Assembly (NCBI GenBank): GCA_963793265.1
Contig: CAWBZI010000005.1
Location: forward strand, 32,001 to 96,000
DNA length: 64,000 nt
Origin: an uncultured cyanobacterium
GTDB taxonomy: Bacteria > Cyanobacteriota > Cyanobacteriia > Phormidesmidales > Phormidesmidaceae
Direction of reading: 5' to 3'
The notes beneath the pieces were generated by a model that searched no databases, had not been told where the DNA came from, and saw only the letters and a list, made by a program, of their open reading frames with translations. This document shows, in pieces, positions 42,994 through 53,283 of the stretch (position 1 is its first letter; each line of letters opens with the position of its first letter). Position numbers and translations under genes: made by a program.

Positions 42994-43437
42994 ATGGACG
43001 ACTGGTTAAAGCAGTTGCAAGACACACTGAATTCAGCCGCTCGCGACTCCAGCGACTGGTGGGCTGAAGTTTCTGAAGAGGCTAACCAGGCCGCTGAAGC
43101 TTTGGAGCAAACCTCTACAGCCGCATTTCAAGAGATTCAGGCGGCGATAGAGCCGGTCGTTAATGAGATTGGCGATCAGGTAGAAAGCAGTTTAGAAACT
43201 AGCTTTGTTTTCATCGAAGCGCGCGTGATTCCCTGGCTTCAACAAACGACCGCGCCGATTACACATACCGTTAACCCCTGGCTACAGCATCATCCAACCT
43301 GCATTGGCTGCAAAAACTATCACGGGTCTACCTATGGTGAGAACACGCTGGTTTGTGGAATGCATCCCTATGGGCCAGATGATGATAGCTGCGCTGACTG
43401 GGAGTCAGTTTGGACAGAGAATTCAGACGTGTCCTAA
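42994..43437 (+). CDS. hypothetical protein with C-terminal Cys/His metal-binding motif
   Basis: Amphipathic helical N-terminus; CIGCKNYHG...CGMHPYG...C.DWE. Confidence 0.75.
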   Translation: MDDWLKQLQDTLNSAARDSSDWWAEVSEEANQAAEALEQTSTAAFQEIQAAIEPVVNEIGDQVESSLETSFVFIEARVIPWLQQTTAPITHTVNPWLQHHPTCIGCKNYHGSTYGENTLVCGMHPYGPDDDSCADWESVWTENSDVS

Positions 43438-43438
43438 G

Positions 43439-44257
43439 CTAGGCGTTTTCTAGCAGCCGGTAGAAGTGACCTACCGGCCCCTGGCCCTTGCCGATTGAAA
43501 GAGAGTGCTGTAGTGCCTTTGTGACGTAGCTTTTGGCCTGCTGAACGGCAGCTCGTGGTTCGATGCCTTTGGCGAGGTTAGCTGCGATCGCACTAGAAAG
43601 CGTACACCCCGTCCCATGCGTATTGTCCGTATCTACTGGCTCTACACGCAGCACTTCCATCTGCTCACCGTCATACCAAACGTCTACACCACGCAGCTCG
43701 CCTTTAAAGCCGCCGCCTTTAATAATCACGGCCTTTGGCCCTAACGCCTGAATCCTCTTCGCTGCCGTTTGCATATCAGCCAGCGTCGTAATTTCCATAC
43801 CGGCTAAAATCTGAGCCTCGTATCGGTTAGGCGTCAAGATAGCGGCTAAAGGAAGGAGTTTTTTTGTCAGGGACGCGATCGCCGCTTCAGCAATCAACGT
43901 ATCGCCTGTCCGCGACACCATCACCGGATCAACCACTAGCTGAGGAATCGGCTGAGCCTGCAAATGCTCGGCAACGGCTTCAATAATCGCCTGGTTCAGC
44001 AGCATCCCAGTTTTCGCGGCCTGCACGCCAATATCGCTCGTCACCGCTTCAATCTGAGCGATTACCGCTTCAGGCGGCAGCGCATCCACACGCATCACAC
44101 CCACAGTATTCTGTGCGGTTACACAGGTAAGTGCGCTCGTCCCATGCACCTCATGAAACGAAAACGTTCGTAAATCTGCCTGAATACCAGCCCCACCGCC
44201 GCTATCAGAGCCCGCAATGGTCAGCGCTACAGGAACAGCCGGGCGCGCTGACATCAT
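43439..44257 (-). CDS. thiD: hydroxymethylpyrimidine/phosphomethylpyrimidine kinase
   Basis: [38 protein letters not shown]. Confidence 0.97.
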   Translation of the reverse strand: MMSARPAVPVALTIAGSDSGGGAGIQADLRTFSFHEVHGTSALTCVTAQNTVGVMRVDALPPEAVIAQIEAVTSDIGVQAAKTGMLLNQAIIEAVAEHLQAQPIPQLVVDPVMVSRTGDTLIAEAAIASLTKKLLPLAAILTPNRYEAQILAGMEITTLADMQTAAKRIQALGPKAVIIKGGGFKGELRGVDVWYDGEQMEVLRVEPVDTDNTHGTGCTLSSAIAANLAKGIEPRAAVQQAKSYVTKALQHSLSIGKGQGPVGHFYRLLENA

Positions 44258-45495
44258 CGGTTACGGCGACGCTGCAAGAACTCAGGAATATCTAAGTTTG
44301 GCGAAATCACAGGCTGATTGGTGGCATCTTCTGGCTCACCTTCAGCAGGCGCGCTAGGCGGCGCGTCAAACGTATTACTGCCTGGCGTGCGCGTCATCGG
44401 CGTGACGCGAGCGCTGGTCATAGAAGGAATACTGCGAGCGTCACCGCTAAAGCCGGTAGCAATCACCGTAATTCTGATTTCGCCCTGCAAGCGATCGTCG
44501 ATTACCGCACCAAAGATAATATTCGCGTTGGGATCGACCGCTTCATAGATGATCTCAGCCGCCTGATTGACCTCGTGAAGGGTGAGATCGCTGCCGCCTG
44601 TAATGTTGAAGACGACGCCACCAGCACCGTCGATAGAGGTTTCGAGCAAAGGAGAAGAGGTAGCTGCGATCGCCGCTTCTCTAGCCCGAGACTTACCGGA
44701 GCCCACACCAATACCCATCAGAGCCGAACCCGCGTCGGCCATTACCGCTCTAACGTCGGCAAAGTCAACGTTCACAAGGCCCGAAATCGTGATGATGTCG
44801 GAAATACCTTGCACACCCTGACGCAGGATATCATCAGCGACTCTAAAAGCCTCCTGAACCGGCGTCTGCTCAGAAATCACCGAAAGCAGCTTGTCGTTCG
44901 GAATAATGATCAGCGTATCTACACTCGCCTGCAAGGCGGCAATACCGCTTTCAGCCTGAGAGGTACGACGACGCCCTTCAAAGGTAAACGGGCGGGTCAC
45001 CACGCCCACCGTCAGCGCGCCCGCTTCTTTAGCAGCTTCAGCCACCACAGGCGCAGCGCCCGTACCTGTACCACCACCCATACCGGCAGTAATGAACACA
45101 AGGTCAGAGCCTTCTACAGCCTGGAAAATTTCGTCGCGCGATTCTTCAGCCGCTTTTTGCCCAATTGAAGGATTGCCGCCTGCGCCCAGCCCGCGCGTCA
45201 GCTTTTGACCGAGCTGCATCGCATTCGTCGTCGATGAATAGGTCAGCGCTTGAGCATCCGTATTTACAGTCCAAAACTCAATGCCCGCTAGGCCGCTATC
45301 GATCATTCGATTGACCGCATTGCAGCCGCCGCCGCCAACACCGATGACCTTAATTCTGGCAACGCTACTTGGAATGATATCTGCGCTCATCGGCCTCTCC
45401 GCTGACATGGCACTGCCATTATTACTTGAAGCAGTCGGTTTTTCATCAGACCCATCGTTCGCATAAGAATTTGTATGAAGGGATGCGTTGTTCAT
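44254..45495 (-). CDS. ftsZ: cell division protein FtsZ
   Basis: [18 protein letters not shown] tubulin signature, NVDFAD, C-terminal LDIPEFL. Confidence 0.99.
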   Translation of the reverse strand: MNNASLHTNSYANDGSDEKPTASSNNGSAMSAERPMSADIIPSSVARIKVIGVGGGGCNAVNRMIDSGLAGIEFWTVNTDAQALTYSSTTNAMQLGQKLTRGLGAGGNPSIGQKAAEESRDEIFQAVEGSDLVFITAGMGGGTGTGAAPVVAEAAKEAGALTVGVVTRPFTFEGRRRTSQAESGIAALQASVDTLIIIPNDKLLSVISEQTPVQEAFRVADDILRQGVQGISDIITISGLVNVDFADVRAVMADAGSALMGIGVGSGKSRAREAAIAATSSPLLETSIDGAGGVVFNITGGSDLTLHEVNQAAEIIYEAVDPNANIIFGAVIDDRLQGEIRITVIATGFSGDARSIPSMTSARVTPMTRTPGSNTFDAPPSAPAEGEPEDATNQPVISPNLDIPEFLQRRRNR

Positions 45496-45832
45496 AGGGC
45501 GAGCTGATGGTATGGATGTGACAGGATTATGTATGAGTTAAAGAACGTCAAAACCCCCTAATCGGGATCGCTTTAGATGCACTGATGCACTTCGATCATT
45601 CTTTGGTGAGAAATTATAAAGTGTAAAGCAAGAAGCTTCTCATTAGACAATATAAAAGATATTGTTCCTCTGATTCATCTAGATTTTTGAGAATAGCACC
45701 CTTCATACGGAGCGTTTGCCCTGCGCAAGATAGATTGAGTTGACTTAATAGATTGAGTCAACTATAGGGGAACCTGCTAAAAAAGCCAAACGCTACGGGC
45801 GATCGGGCCGCTGTCATGATTTCTGTGCCTTT

Positions 45833-46705
45833 TTAGGGTACGCCCAGGGCAGGATCTGGCGAGGTTCCTGTCGCTTGTAATATTTCGACTACTGGATGCT
45901 CAGGATCTTGCAGATCTATGTAGGCAACTTTTTCGGGATTGACTTTGGTTTTGAGCGATCGCATCTGATCTAAAGCGGCGAGCTGCCCTTCAAACTGCTT
46001 GCCATAGGGGCCAACATGCACCTTACCAAACTCGGTGATTAAAATGACGTTGCTTGGGTGAGTCCAGTCAACTGCCGTCACCACAACCGGGCTGCGTTGC
46101 AGGCTCGCATACATGGTGCGCCAAGCCGATCGATAGTTCGCTCTCATACCCCGCACTGCTAGATCAGGCGGGTTGGCCACCGCGCCTAAGTCGCGAAAGC
46201 TATCGCGTGGCATCCAATTGCCCTCGGCGTCAATCAGTCCGGGTTCTTTAAAGGGCACTGACCGGTCAGCAATAGTTTTAATAGGCTTCGTGGTATCAGG
46301 CAGCGCCACCGCTACAGGCACCCGCTCGCGAATATTTACCTGTAGTCCAGGTGGGAGCAACCGGCGGCTCACTGTAGCGCTTTCAATCGAATCGTAAGTA
46401 GCCAGGGCATCAGCTAGCTCATTTGTTTTTACCTGTATTAAAGACTGAGGGTAGGGTAGCAGCAGCAAATCTTGAACGTTCTTATCAGAGAGCAGTTGGT
46501 TGTCTTTAACGACGATCTGCTGGGGGCTGCGAATGAGCCATATCGGTGAAGTGGCTAGCCAAACAGTGCTGGCCGCTAGCCCTAACATGGCTAGCGATCG
46601 CCACGCGCCCTTATAAAAGGTAAACCGCCGCTTATCGCGGAGGTACTGTCTACGTCGGGCCAGCTCTTGAGCAGACGGCGCACGTGATCGAGAAGGCAAA
46701 GGCAT
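45833..46705 (-). CDS. ftsQ: cell division protein FtsQ/DivIB
   Basis: Single TM, POTRA-like domain (V.R.L.PP...V.I.ER.PVA), YIDL..P; upstream of ftsZ. Confidence 0.9.
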   Translation of the reverse strand: MPLPSRSRAPSAQELARRRQYLRDKRRFTFYKGAWRSLAMLGLAASTVWLATSPIWLIRSPQQIVVKDNQLLSDKNVQDLLLLPYPQSLIQVKTNELADALATYDSIESATVSRRLLPPGLQVNIRERVPVAVALPDTTKPIKTIADRSVPFKEPGLIDAEGNWMPRDSFRDLGAVANPPDLAVRGMRANYRSAWRTMYASLQRSPVVVTAVDWTHPSNVILITEFGKVHVGPYGKQFEGQLAALDQMRSLKTKVNPEKVAYIDLQDPEHPVVEILQATGTSPDPALGVP

Positions 46706-46813
46706 GGTTATTTAAGAGCAGGTGTTAATACCGTTTAGCAAAGCTACCCATATCAACATAAAACACATCAAGCGTAGGTGGTGGTTTGTTATGGGCCACT
46801 ACAACAAGCGCTA

Positions 46814-47224
46814 TTAAGACAGGTTCCACTGACGGCGAAGAAAGGCTAGCCACTGAGCCGCCATTTCTCCATCTGTAAAAGGAACGCTGAGGTGATGGCC
46901 ATCTTCGAGCGTAAAGCCGAGTGCAAACCGTCCCTTACGAGGCAAATTATCAGGATCGACCGGCTTAGCATCTACCTCAAGCGTCGCCTGCTTCACCTCT
47001 TTTAAGTTCAAAGTACTCGCTTCGATCACACCCTGCCGGGTCGGTGGCCCCCAGGTGAGCACATCGCCCTGCTGGCCTAAGGCCGCATAGATATCGTACT
47101 TAGCCCGCTCAAACGACTGAGCCCACAGCTTATAAGCTTCTAGCTTGCGGTATTCATTCCAGCCCGCCCAGGTCAGGCCAATAAACATCGCCAGCAGCGG
47201 TAGCCATAGCAACCCTCGAACCAT
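46814..47224 (-). CDS. conserved cyanobacterial hypothetical membrane protein
   Basis: N-terminal TM, GWNEY.K.EAY..WA..FERAKYDIY. Confidence 0.8.
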   Translation of the reverse strand: MVRGLLWLPLLAMFIGLTWAGWNEYRKLEAYKLWAQSFERAKYDIYAALGQQGDVLTWGPPTRQGVIEASTLNLKEVKQATLEVDAKPVDPDNLPRKGRFALGFTLEDGHHLSVPFTDGEMAAQWLAFLRRQWNLS

Positions 47225-47371
47225 CAGGGGCTCCTCTTAAATTAATTAGCGAATAGTTGAGTGATAGATGAATGTTAACTCTTACAAAGAATGGCTGCTC
47301 ATTCAAGATCTCGATCTCCATCATCGTGAAAGATGAGTGACAGTGAACATTTTCTTTGAGAGGGTTTATCG

Positions 47372-47629
47372 ATGTTTCCAACTTTATTAGCCGTTCAATC
47401 AACCGTTCCTCACACCGCAGAGTGGGGCCCCAACGTTGCTGTTGTGATGATTATTTGCAACATCTTAGTATTTTTCATCGGCAAGCAGGTTATCCGAATT
47501 CCTGATGCTGGCCCTGCGGGTGGCGTCTTCTTAGGCTTGGGTTTACCAGCGCTGCTAGCCGTTACTAGCCTGGGTCACTTGGTTGGCGTCGGTGCTATTT
47601 TGGGCCTAGCTAACCTCGGCGTGTTGTAG
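47372..47629 (+). CDS. psaK: photosystem I subunit PsaK
   Basis: TVP.T.EW.P.V.VVMI.CN, LLA.TSLGH..G.G.ILGL.N.G.L. Confidence 0.96.
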   Translation: MFPTLLAVQSTVPHTAEWGPNVAVVMIICNILVFFIGKQVIRIPDAGPAGGVFLGLGLPALLAVTSLGHLVGVGAILGLANLGVL

Positions 47630-47680
47630 CGCTATCAGTTACAAGTAGACCTGACTCGACAACCGCTCAGCGCAAGCTGC

Positions 47681-47721
47681 TAATAAGCGCCTAAATCTAT
47701 CGCAGATTCAGGCGCTTATTA
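47681..47721. terminator. bidirectional hairpin between convergent psaK and thioredoxin-like genes
   Basis: TAATAAGCGCCT...AGGCGCTTATTA inverted repeat. Confidence 0.7.
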
Positions 47722-47759
47722 CTTGCAAGAGCATTAAGCGTTGAGTTTATCCATCTCGG

Positions 47760-48071
47760 CTAGCTTTCGCCTACGACCGCTTGAAGGCGCTTGCGAAATT
47801 CGCCTTTGGGATGACCACCTTTGACCTCACCAATCACAGAAAATTCGCCTTCTGGATCGTCACAAATAATGTAGGTAGGCCAGCCCATTTCAGCTTTATC
47901 AGGATACTGGTTGAGCAGTACCTTACGATATTTGCGATAGGTTGCCGTATCCTGCATTTTAATATCAACGAAGTCCAGGTTTAGCTCTTTAGCAACTTTT
48001 TCGTCATAGAAGGCCATTTTGTGACAGATACCGCAGTCTTCTGACGAAAATTTGAGAACAGATCGTGGCAT
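47760..48071 (-). CDS. thioredoxin-like protein
   Basis: CGIC motif, cis-Pro motif GWPT. Confidence 0.8.
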   Translation of the reverse strand: MPRSVLKFSSEDCGICHKMAFYDEKVAKELNLDFVDIKMQDTATYRKYRKVLLNQYPDKAEMGWPTYIICDDPEGEFSVIGEVKGGHPKGEFRKRLQAVVGES

Positions 48072-48126
48072 GGGCCATTGAATACGTAAAAGAACCCCTT
48101 CATCATAAAGGCTCTTATCAACTCTT

Positions 48127-48618
48127 ATGATCGCAATTTATCCCGGTAGTTTTGATCCGATTACGCTAGGACATTTTGATATCATCACACGGGGCAGTAA
48201 GCTCTACGAACAAGTGATCGTTGTGGTTTCTCGGAATCCGACGAAAAGCCCGCTGTTTACTGTTGAGGAAAGAATCGCTCAGATTAAAAAGACAACGCAG
48301 CATTTGAGCAATGTAGAAATTGATAGCTTTGACGGGTTGACGGTGACCTATGCCAAAGCGCGTCAGGCAAAAGTGCTCTTAAGAGGACTACGGGTGCTTT
48401 CGGACTTTGAGAAAGAACTGCAAATGGCGCATACTAATAAAACTTTATCTGACGATATTGAGACTGTTTTTTTAGCAACGTCTACGGAATACGGCTTTTT
48501 GAGCAGTAGTTTAGTCAAAGAAATTGCTAAGTTTGGTGGCCCGATCGACCATTTGGTGCCCCAACATGTCGCTTTAGATGTTGAGAAGTGTTACGGAAAG
48601 TCCGTCTTTAAACAATAA
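48127..48618 (+). CDS. coaD: pantetheine-phosphate adenylyltransferase
   Basis: [28 protein letters not shown]. Confidence 0.98.
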   Translation: MIAIYPGSFDPITLGHFDIITRGSKLYEQVIVVVSRNPTKSPLFTVEERIAQIKKTTQHLSNVEIDSFDGLTVTYAKARQAKVLLRGLRVLSDFEKELQMAHTNKTLSDDIETVFLATSTEYGFLSSSLVKEIAKFGGPIDHLVPQHVALDVEKCYGKSVFKQ

Positions 48619-48731
48619 TAGAGAAGGATGGGCAGTTTGCTCCGGTTTGCTCCAGGCTCAGCGGCTAGGCGATCGCCTCGTAATATGGGTCATGAAATCT
48701 TCCTTGGAAATCTCTCAATCAAAACAATTTT

Positions 48732-49505
48732 GTGAATACTCCTGCAACTGGCGAATACTACAAAGATTCAGCGCCCGAGCGCTTTAATATTCAGCAAGAG
48801 CTGGATCGAATCGAGGAAATTGTACTTGAAAGCCCTCGGGTTCCTGGATTTGGGAAAACGATGGTGTCTGAGGACGAGCTGCTCGATCAGCTTGACGTGG
48901 TGCGCGTAAATTTGCCAGCGGCGGTGCAAGAGTCGGTGCAAATTGTGCAGCAGCGCGAAGAAATTTTGGTAGAAGCTGAGCAGTATGCTCAAGAAATTGT
49001 GGCCGCCGCCGAGAAGCAGGCCGCCTCTATTCTCAATGAAATGTCGATTATTCGGCAGGCTGAGGCTCAAGCTGCTCAGCTTAGAAGCACAACTGAGCAA
49101 GAGTGCGAGGCGCTGCGATCGCAAACCCTTGGCGAAATTGAGCAATTGCAGAGCCAGGCCCGCCAGGAATGGGAAGAAACCCGCACGCGGACGGTAACTG
49201 AAGCTAAGACGATTCAAGAAGACGCCGACACCTACGCCGATCAGGTGCTTGAGAATATGGAGCGGCAGTTTATGGAAATGCTGCACGTGCTGCGCAACGG
49301 TCGTCAAAAAATTCAGGGGGGGCAGTCGCTAGATGTCGAAAGCGCCACGCCCACCGCGCGGATTAATCCAGCAACGGGCAGCACCGTGAGGCCAAGCGAT
49401 CGCCCGCTGCTCAGCCGCCGGGAGGCCACCGCTACCCCGCGCCCACCATTGCCAGAGCAGCGCCCACCGACCTCAGAACCGCGTAATCCTCGCCAGCGGA
49501 CATAA
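48732..49505 (+). CDS. cdv3: DivIVA-like cell division protein Cdv3
   Basis: Coiled-coil protein directly after coaD; L...EE.VL.SPRVP..GKT.V.E..LLDQLD. Confidence 0.75.
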   Translation: MNTPATGEYYKDSAPERFNIQQELDRIEEIVLESPRVPGFGKTMVSEDELLDQLDVVRVNLPAAVQESVQIVQQREEILVEAEQYAQEIVAAAEKQAASILNEMSIIRQAEAQAAQLRSTTEQECEALRSQTLGEIEQLQSQARQEWEETRTRTVTEAKTIQEDADTYADQVLENMERQFMEMLHVLRNGRQKIQGGQSLDVESATPTARINPATGSTVRPSDRPLLSRREATATPRPPLPEQRPPTSEPRNPRQRT

Positions 49506-49512
49506 CCCGACC

Positions 49513-50136
49513 ATGATTGGCTACGTCAAGGGCTTTTTAGCCGACAGTCAAAAGCTTCCCAATGGCCGAATCATCCTCACCGTTGATGTCGGCGGCATTG
49601 GCTACGATATGCAGATCAACCCACGGGCGCTCAGCGAGCTACCGCCTGTAGGCGATCCCGTGCAGATTTTTACGCATCTGCAGACTCGCGAAGACTTGCA
49701 GGTGCTCTTTGGCTTTGGGAGTAAGGCTGAACGTGATGTGTTTCGGCTGCTGATTTCGGTGAGCGGCATAGGCCCGCAGATGGGCATGGCGCTATTGGAT
49801 ACGCTAGGGCTAAATGACCTTATCCAATCTGTAATTAACGCCAATGCGCGGGTGCTTTCCCAAACGCCAGGCGTAGGGAACAAGACAGCTGAGCGAATAA
49901 TTTTAGAGCTTAAGACGAAGCTGGGCGAATGGCGTCGGCACTTTGGGCTGGTAGCTCCTACTGGAGGCCCGGTGTCTGGCGTGCAAGAAGACGTAGAAAT
50001 TATGCTGATGGCTTTGGGCTACACCAGCAATGAAATTAGCGAGGCTTTGATAGCCGTTGGCAATAAGAGCGCTTTGAATAAGAACGATGATGCTGAGGCT
50101 TGGATCCGAGAGGCCATAGCCTGGCTCAGTCGCTGA
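49513..50136 (+). CDS. ruvA: Holliday junction branch migration protein RuvA
   Basis: MIGY..G, V.GIGY, RED...LFGF, VSGIGP, PGVGNKTAERI.LELK. Confidence 0.97.
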   Translation: MIGYVKGFLADSQKLPNGRIILTVDVGGIGYDMQINPRALSELPPVGDPVQIFTHLQTREDLQVLFGFGSKAERDVFRLLISVSGIGPQMGMALLDTLGLNDLIQSVINANARVLSQTPGVGNKTAERIILELKTKLGEWRRHFGLVAPTGGPVSGVQEDVEIMLMALGYTSNEISEALIAVGNKSALNKNDDAEAWIREAIAWLSR

Positions 50137-50169
50137 GTTGCTGACCCCCACCCCGTCGCTACACGCCTC

Positions 50170-50694
50170 CTACTCAGCCGCATCAGCCGGGGCTGCTTCG
50201 GTTTCTGCCGTCGGATCAGCCGCCGGTTCAGGTTGAGTCTGAACGTCAGCATCGGCAGGCGCTTCATTGACAGTATTGACATCTGGCACGTCTATTTGCA
50301 CGTCAGGTAGACTTTCAGCGGGCGCAGCGTTGGGCCTTTCAATGATGGTTTCTCTTTCAATGACAGTCTCTCTTTGCACAGGCGGCGCTTCAGCAGGCGT
50401 AAGACTATTGTCATTGCCGCCGAGTAGAAAGTAAGCTGCGATGCCTACGCCTGCTGCGACAACAGCGATCGCAATCCCAAAAACGACACCACTTGCTGCA
50501 TTATCATTAGCCCGCGACTGAGCGATCACCCGGTCGTACTCTCTAAGATCTCTGTCTCTAAGATCTCTTTGCACGTGACTTTCATCCTGGCGACCGCGAA
50601 CGTAGCCGTCACGCTGAGCGATCTCTTCTGGGGTCGCTGGCCGACCGCGAACGCCCTTAATATTTTGTTCGTCAGGCGTATTATTAATAGCCAT
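50170..50694 (-). CDS. hypothetical single-TM protein
   Basis: RDGYV.GR motif, one TM, Pro/acidic tail. Confidence 0.7.
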   Translation of the reverse strand: MAINNTPDEQNIKGVRGRPATPEEIAQRDGYVRGRQDESHVQRDLRDRDLREYDRVIAQSRANDNAASGVVFGIAIAVVAAGVGIAAYFLLGGNDNSLTPAEAPPVQRETVIERETIIERPNAAPAESLPDVQIDVPDVNTVNEAPADADVQTQPEPAADPTAETEAAPADAAE

Positions 50695-50901
50695 ATTTTT
50701 TATTCTCCAAATCAACTGGCAAAAGTTCTCTTCTCGAACCAGACGAACCCTTGAAAATTCTTAAAAGCTGAGCAGCGAAAAGTTGCATGTAACCACAACA
50801 GTAACAAGGCACTCGCTGAATCTCTCTCTGACTTGGGAATGAGGTTTATGCTCAATTTTTCTAGCAATAGGTCTATTCACAAAGGCATAGAACCGCAATT
50901 C

Positions 50902-51393
50902 TTATCGATAGTTTTGGAACTGTAGGGCCATCGGCCAGTCTTCGCCTTTGATCAGCGCGATCGCCTCTTGCAAGTCATCTTTATTTTTCGCTGATATTCG
51001 CACCGAATCGCCCTGAATAGACGCCTGCACCTTTTTCAAATTATCTTTGATCAGCTTAGAAATCTTCTTGGCATCCTCTTTCTCAATGCCTTTTTTGAGC
51101 TTAATTTCTTGCCGCACCCGGCTACCGCTGGCCGTGTCGATATCGCCAAACTCAAATATCTTCATCGACAGGTTGCGCTTAGCGGCCTTAGTCTGAATTA
51201 CCACGTGCAGCGCCCTGAGCGTCATATCGCTGTCGGTTTCAATATCAATAGAATCCTCTTTAAGATCCATCTCTGTTTTAGTGTCTTTTAAGTCGTAGCG
51301 ACTTTTGACCTCGCGGCGAGCCTGGTCAAGGGCATTTACTAGCTCTTGACGATCGAAATCGCTGACAACATCGAAGGAGTAAGTAGAAGCCAT
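50902..51393 (-). CDS. yajQ: YajQ family cyclic-di-GMP/nucleotide-binding protein
   Basis: [34 protein letters not shown]. Confidence 0.95.
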   Translation of the reverse strand: MASTYSFDVVSDFDRQELVNALDQARREVKSRYDLKDTKTEMDLKEDSIDIETDSDMTLRALHVVIQTKAAKRNLSMKIFEFGDIDTASGSRVRQEIKLKKGIEKEDAKKISKLIKDNLKKVQASIQGDSVRISAKNKDDLQEAIALIKGEDWPMALQFQNYR

Positions 51394-51447
51394 GGTAAAA
51401 AAGTATGGAACGCTTTGACAATTGATGGTTAGTTGATGGTAGTAGAC

Positions 51448-51879
51448 TTAACCCAAAGCTGCCTTACATGAGTTCAGGTATAGCGAAAAAATGCTGCTGA
51501 TGCTGATGGCCCAGGAGAGCGATCGCAAAATCGGAATGTTCAAAATGTAGAACAGCGAATAAGTCACTCGTGACGCTAGATAGGTCACAACCGAGGCCAG
51601 CACAACTTCGGCAGGCAGCCCCACCGCAAAAGCCATTAGCGCAGCCGGTGCATACAGCGCAAAAGATTCCCACGAATTTTGATGAGCCCAGGTTGCTCGC
51701 TGCGCGTACTCAGGCAGCTTGTCGAACATGGCTCGAGGTGCGCCCATATCGTAGCCGACCTGAAAGCGGCCAAAGCCTACTACAAAATAAGGAAGGTATA
51801 TGAGCGCAGCAGCAAAGGCGATGCTACACAGCAGAATGTTGGCAGGTGAAATGAAGGGAAGAGAGTAAACGATATCCAC
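51448..51879 (-). CDS. MAPEG family membrane protein
   Basis: RA.WAHQNSWE.F, R..Y...Y.......RSL. Confidence 0.9.
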   Translation of the reverse strand: MDIVYSLPFISPANILLCSIAFAAALIYLPYFVVGFGRFQVGYDMGAPRAMFDKLPEYAQRATWAHQNSWESFALYAPAALMAFAVGLPAEVVLASVVTYLASRVTYSLFYILNIPILRSLSWAISISSIFSLYLNSCKAALG

Positions 51880-51952
51880 AAAAAAACGCTGGTTTCAGGA
51901 GCAGAAGGAAGCAAAGGAAGATGACTGAATTAAGCGTTGAAGCCACACGGCC

Positions 51953-52468
51953 CTAGTCGAAGTAAAACAGCGTTACGATCTTGCGCTGGTCTTCTGCATC
52001 TTGGCAGCTTTTCATCAGCGTTTTACTATCGTGAAAGGCAAAGCAAATTAGCTGCTGACAGCGCCCAATAATTTCCGCATTGCACATGGCGCTGGCATCG
52101 GCTAGTGGCAGCATGTCATTAGCGGCATTTTCAACCAGATTAGTGACTAAATCTAACTGCTCGCGTGACTCTCTAGGCTGCTTTTCTAAGCTCTGTGGCA
52201 AAATTACCGTTAGCAAATTAGGGTCGGCCTTCATCGCCCCCCGAATTGCCGCAGAGTTAGTGCCAGTTGCCCCAGAGGTAATCACACGGTTACCTCCGAG
52301 CACCAGGGCGTAGCTCATCAGCTCAATCAGGCGCTGGTGAGTGATGGGTACATGACGTGACCCCAAAATAGCGATGCGCTTTGAGCCCGACTGCTGAATG
52401 GTCGCAAGCTCTTGTAAAAAGTCGTCTACTTTGACGGAATCAAGCGGATTTTCGACTGACTGACTCAA
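51953..52468 (-). CDS. DprA/Smf-like Rossmann-fold (SLOG) protein
   Basis: IAILGSRH, TSGATGTN.A.IRGA, CN.EII. Confidence 0.8.
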   Translation of the reverse strand: MSQSVENPLDSVKVDDFLQELATIQQSGSKRIAILGSRHVPITHQRLIELMSYALVLGGNRVITSGATGTNSAAIRGAMKADPNLLTVILPQSLEKQPRESREQLDLVTNLVENAANDMLPLADASAMCNAEIIGRCQQLICFAFHDSKTLMKSCQDAEDQRKIVTLFYFD

Positions 52469-52656
52469 TGGTTATCTTGGGGGTAAAGAATCAAAATGTC
52501 TCGTAATCTTACCAAACCCTTGAAAGAAGTGATACTTCGGTGACACAAAAGTAAGCCTGCGGCCTAAAACCTTTGGTTCACAAGCTTTTCAAAGTCACTT
52601 TGGCTCTAGTTGAGGACGCTGTGTTCATCAAAAAGTTGCATAATCGCCCGCAAACC

Positions 52657-52758
52657 CTAAAGTAATTGCTCCAAAATCGTCGGGTCTTGAATCTTGCTGT
52701 CCTTAGCTAACAACAGCGCTTTAGAAATGACTTCTGCCGTCTTGGGGTCGTCGTCTTC
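52657..52758 (-). pseudogene. 33-codon C-terminal remnant of a large DUF4132-type gene
   Basis: Not in the ORF track; translates as EDDDPKTAEVISKALLLAKDSKIQDPTILEQLL*, has no start codon and is preceded in frame by TAA. Confidence 0.75.
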
Positions 52759-52770
52759 TTATATCTGCTT

Positions 52771-53223
52771 CTATCCGCCCACCAATGCAACCAGTCTTAA
52801 AAAGGTCAGCCGACTTTCCGCCTGAAGGGGCACCGTAGCGTCCAGATCTTCCTGCTGAACATCGTCTAAAAACACATAGTAGAGCCCGTCTATAAAGCCC
52901 AAAATAGCCACATCTACAGCGGCTTTCACGTCCACAGGCTGTACAGAATCGGATGGCTCAAAGTTCTGCTGACCCAGCGACACCTTGCCCTGAGCCAAAC
53001 CGCGATCAATATCATCTCTACTCAATATCTTTTGCAGCCGCCGCTCAATCTGACGTTCTTCAAACGCCGCTACCTCTGAGTGCACCACACAAACAATTAA
53101 ATCTCTGAGGGTGAAAGGCTTACCGCCCTCACCCACCGAAGGCGGCAGCGGCACCGACCAGTCTGGAAACAGCGGACGGCGGCGACCTAATACCTTGCCT
53201 TCAACCGTAATCACACTCGCCAT
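52771..53223 (-). CDS. ubiquitin-like (beta-grasp) protein with helical insertion and C-terminal GG
   Basis: TLRDLI helix; VFLDDVQQEDLDATVPLQAESRLTFLRLVALVGG*, resembling a MoaD/ThiS/ubiquitin C-terminus. Confidence 0.65.
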   Translation of the reverse strand: MASVITVEGKVLGRRRPLFPDWSVPLPPSVGEGGKPFTLRDLIVCVVHSEVAAFEERQIERRLQKILSRDDIDRGLAQGKVSLGQQNFEPSDSVQPVDVKAAVDVAILGFIDGLYYVFLDDVQQEDLDATVPLQAESRLTFLRLVALVGG

Positions 53224-53283
53224 GACCCACCACATTCAAGTAGTTCATGCGAACTATATCACAGACAACAATATCTCGTCGAA

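Noticed and set aside
44318..45466. Long antisense or alternate-frame ORFs (e.g. 44575-45168, 48768-49307, 55532-56131, 6131-6607)
   Set aside because: They are shadows of well-supported genes and have no recognisable motifs
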